Positions 62,858 to 64,000 of a DNA stretch of 64,000 bases are shown piece after piece. This stretch comes from Malacoraja senta. Its lineage: Eukaryota. The stretch is from assembly GCA_038087875.1 (NCBI GenBank), contig CM075996.1, positions 8,930,001 to 8,994,000 of the forward strand, written 5' to 3'. Each line of letters begins with the position of its first letter. The stretch's first letter is position 1. Below the pieces are notes generated by a model. That model searched no databases. It was not told the DNA's origin and worked only from the letters and a program-made list of their open reading frames with translations. A program made the position numbers and the translations under genes.

Positions 62858-64000
62858 TAAGTTTGGATTGTGCATGCCGTGATATCTCTCTGCGTATTGT
62901 TAAGGGTTTGGACACGCTAGAGGCAGGAAACATGTTCCCGATGTTGGGGGAGTCCAGAACCAGGGGGCCACAGTTTAAGAATAAGAGGTAAGCCATTTAG
63001 AACGGAGACGAGGAAACACTCTTTCTCACAGAGAGTGGTGAGTCTGTGGAATTCTCTGCCTCAGAGGGCGGTGGAGGCAGGTTCTCTGGATGCTTTCAAG
63101 AGAGAGCTAGATAGGGCTCTTAAAAATAGCGGAGTCCGGGGATATGGGGAGAAGGCAGGAACGGGGTACTGATTGGGGATGATCAGCCATGATCACTTTG
63201 AATGGCGGTGCTGGCTTGAAGGGCCGAATGGCCTACTCCAGCACTTATTGTCTATTGTCTATTGTATCATACAATCACTGTGTTGCACTAATCATGACCT
63301 TGTACAGCAACTCCAATGTACAGGGGGCTGCAGAGGGAGGTGGACTCAACCTGCTCCATCACACGCAGTGCCCCTACATGAAACGCCACCTCAAAGTGGT
63401 GGCATCTGTGATCAAGGATTTCCACTATCCAGGCCACATCCTTTCCTCGCTCCTCCCAGCGGGCAGGAGGTACAGTAGCCTGGAGCCCCACGCCACCAGA
63501 TTCAGGAACCACTACTTGACTGCAACGAAGCAGTCGTAAAACTGACCCACACAACCCTCGTTCTACCTCAGTGAAGGAACATTCCTGAAGAGGAACGTCT
63601 CTTACATGACCATAGTCCATTGGGGAGGCATAGTGGTGCAGCGGTACAGTTGCTGCCTCACAGTGCCAGAGACCCAGGTTCGATCCTGACATCAGGTGCT
63701 GTCTGTACGGAGTTTGTACGTTCTCCCCGTGACCGCATCCGGTTTACCCCCACGTTCTAAAGACGTGCAGGTTTATAGGTTAATTGGCTTCAGTAAATTG
63801 TCCCTAGTGTGTGTAGGGTAATAATAATAATAATAATAATCATTTTATTTACTGGCGCCTTTCTAAAACCCAAGGACACCTTACAATGCATAGAATCACA
63901 AAAAAAAATACAAAACACATAATCGGAATAAATTAAATATAAAAACACCACAGTACACAAATCAAGGACAGAATTCAATTTCAAGAGCACCTTGAAGAGG

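Overview
Repeat-dense vertebrate DNA, very probably from a cartilaginous fish (skate/ray-like). This is inferred from the HE1/V-SINE-like tRNA SINEs and the CR1, Penelope and Rex1 content. Nearly all ORFs in the six-frame track are noise or transposon fragments. Three host genes can be assembled by hand. (1) FAM227A on the minus strand: eight coding exons from 51485 down to 2528 splice in frame into 262 codons with the LLDSFWW (FWWh) motif, and the gene continues off the left edge. (2) CBY1 (Chibby) on the plus strand, first coding exon 54328-54405, head-to-head with FAM227A across a small CpG-rich promoter with an RFX X-box. (3) One minus-strand exon of a FAM20C-like secretory kinase (59849-60021). 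The 3' parts of CBY1 and the FAM20C-like gene both point into a 200-N gap. The most unusual signal is the 13.3-kb FAM227A intron 38105-51361, which looks like a minor-spliceosome (U12) intron with a non-canonical GC donor and a competing in-frame U2 donor 27 nt away. Mobile DNA includes a 5'-truncated L1, a full-length decayed DIRS element, an 871-bp internally deleted Gypsy element, eight Harbinger-type MITEs and a probable Helitron. It also includes Penelope termini carrying minimal hammerhead ribozyme motifs and bipartite RTE elements whose 5' end fits an HDV-like ribozyme fold. Homology calls come from recalled motifs, not from database searches.
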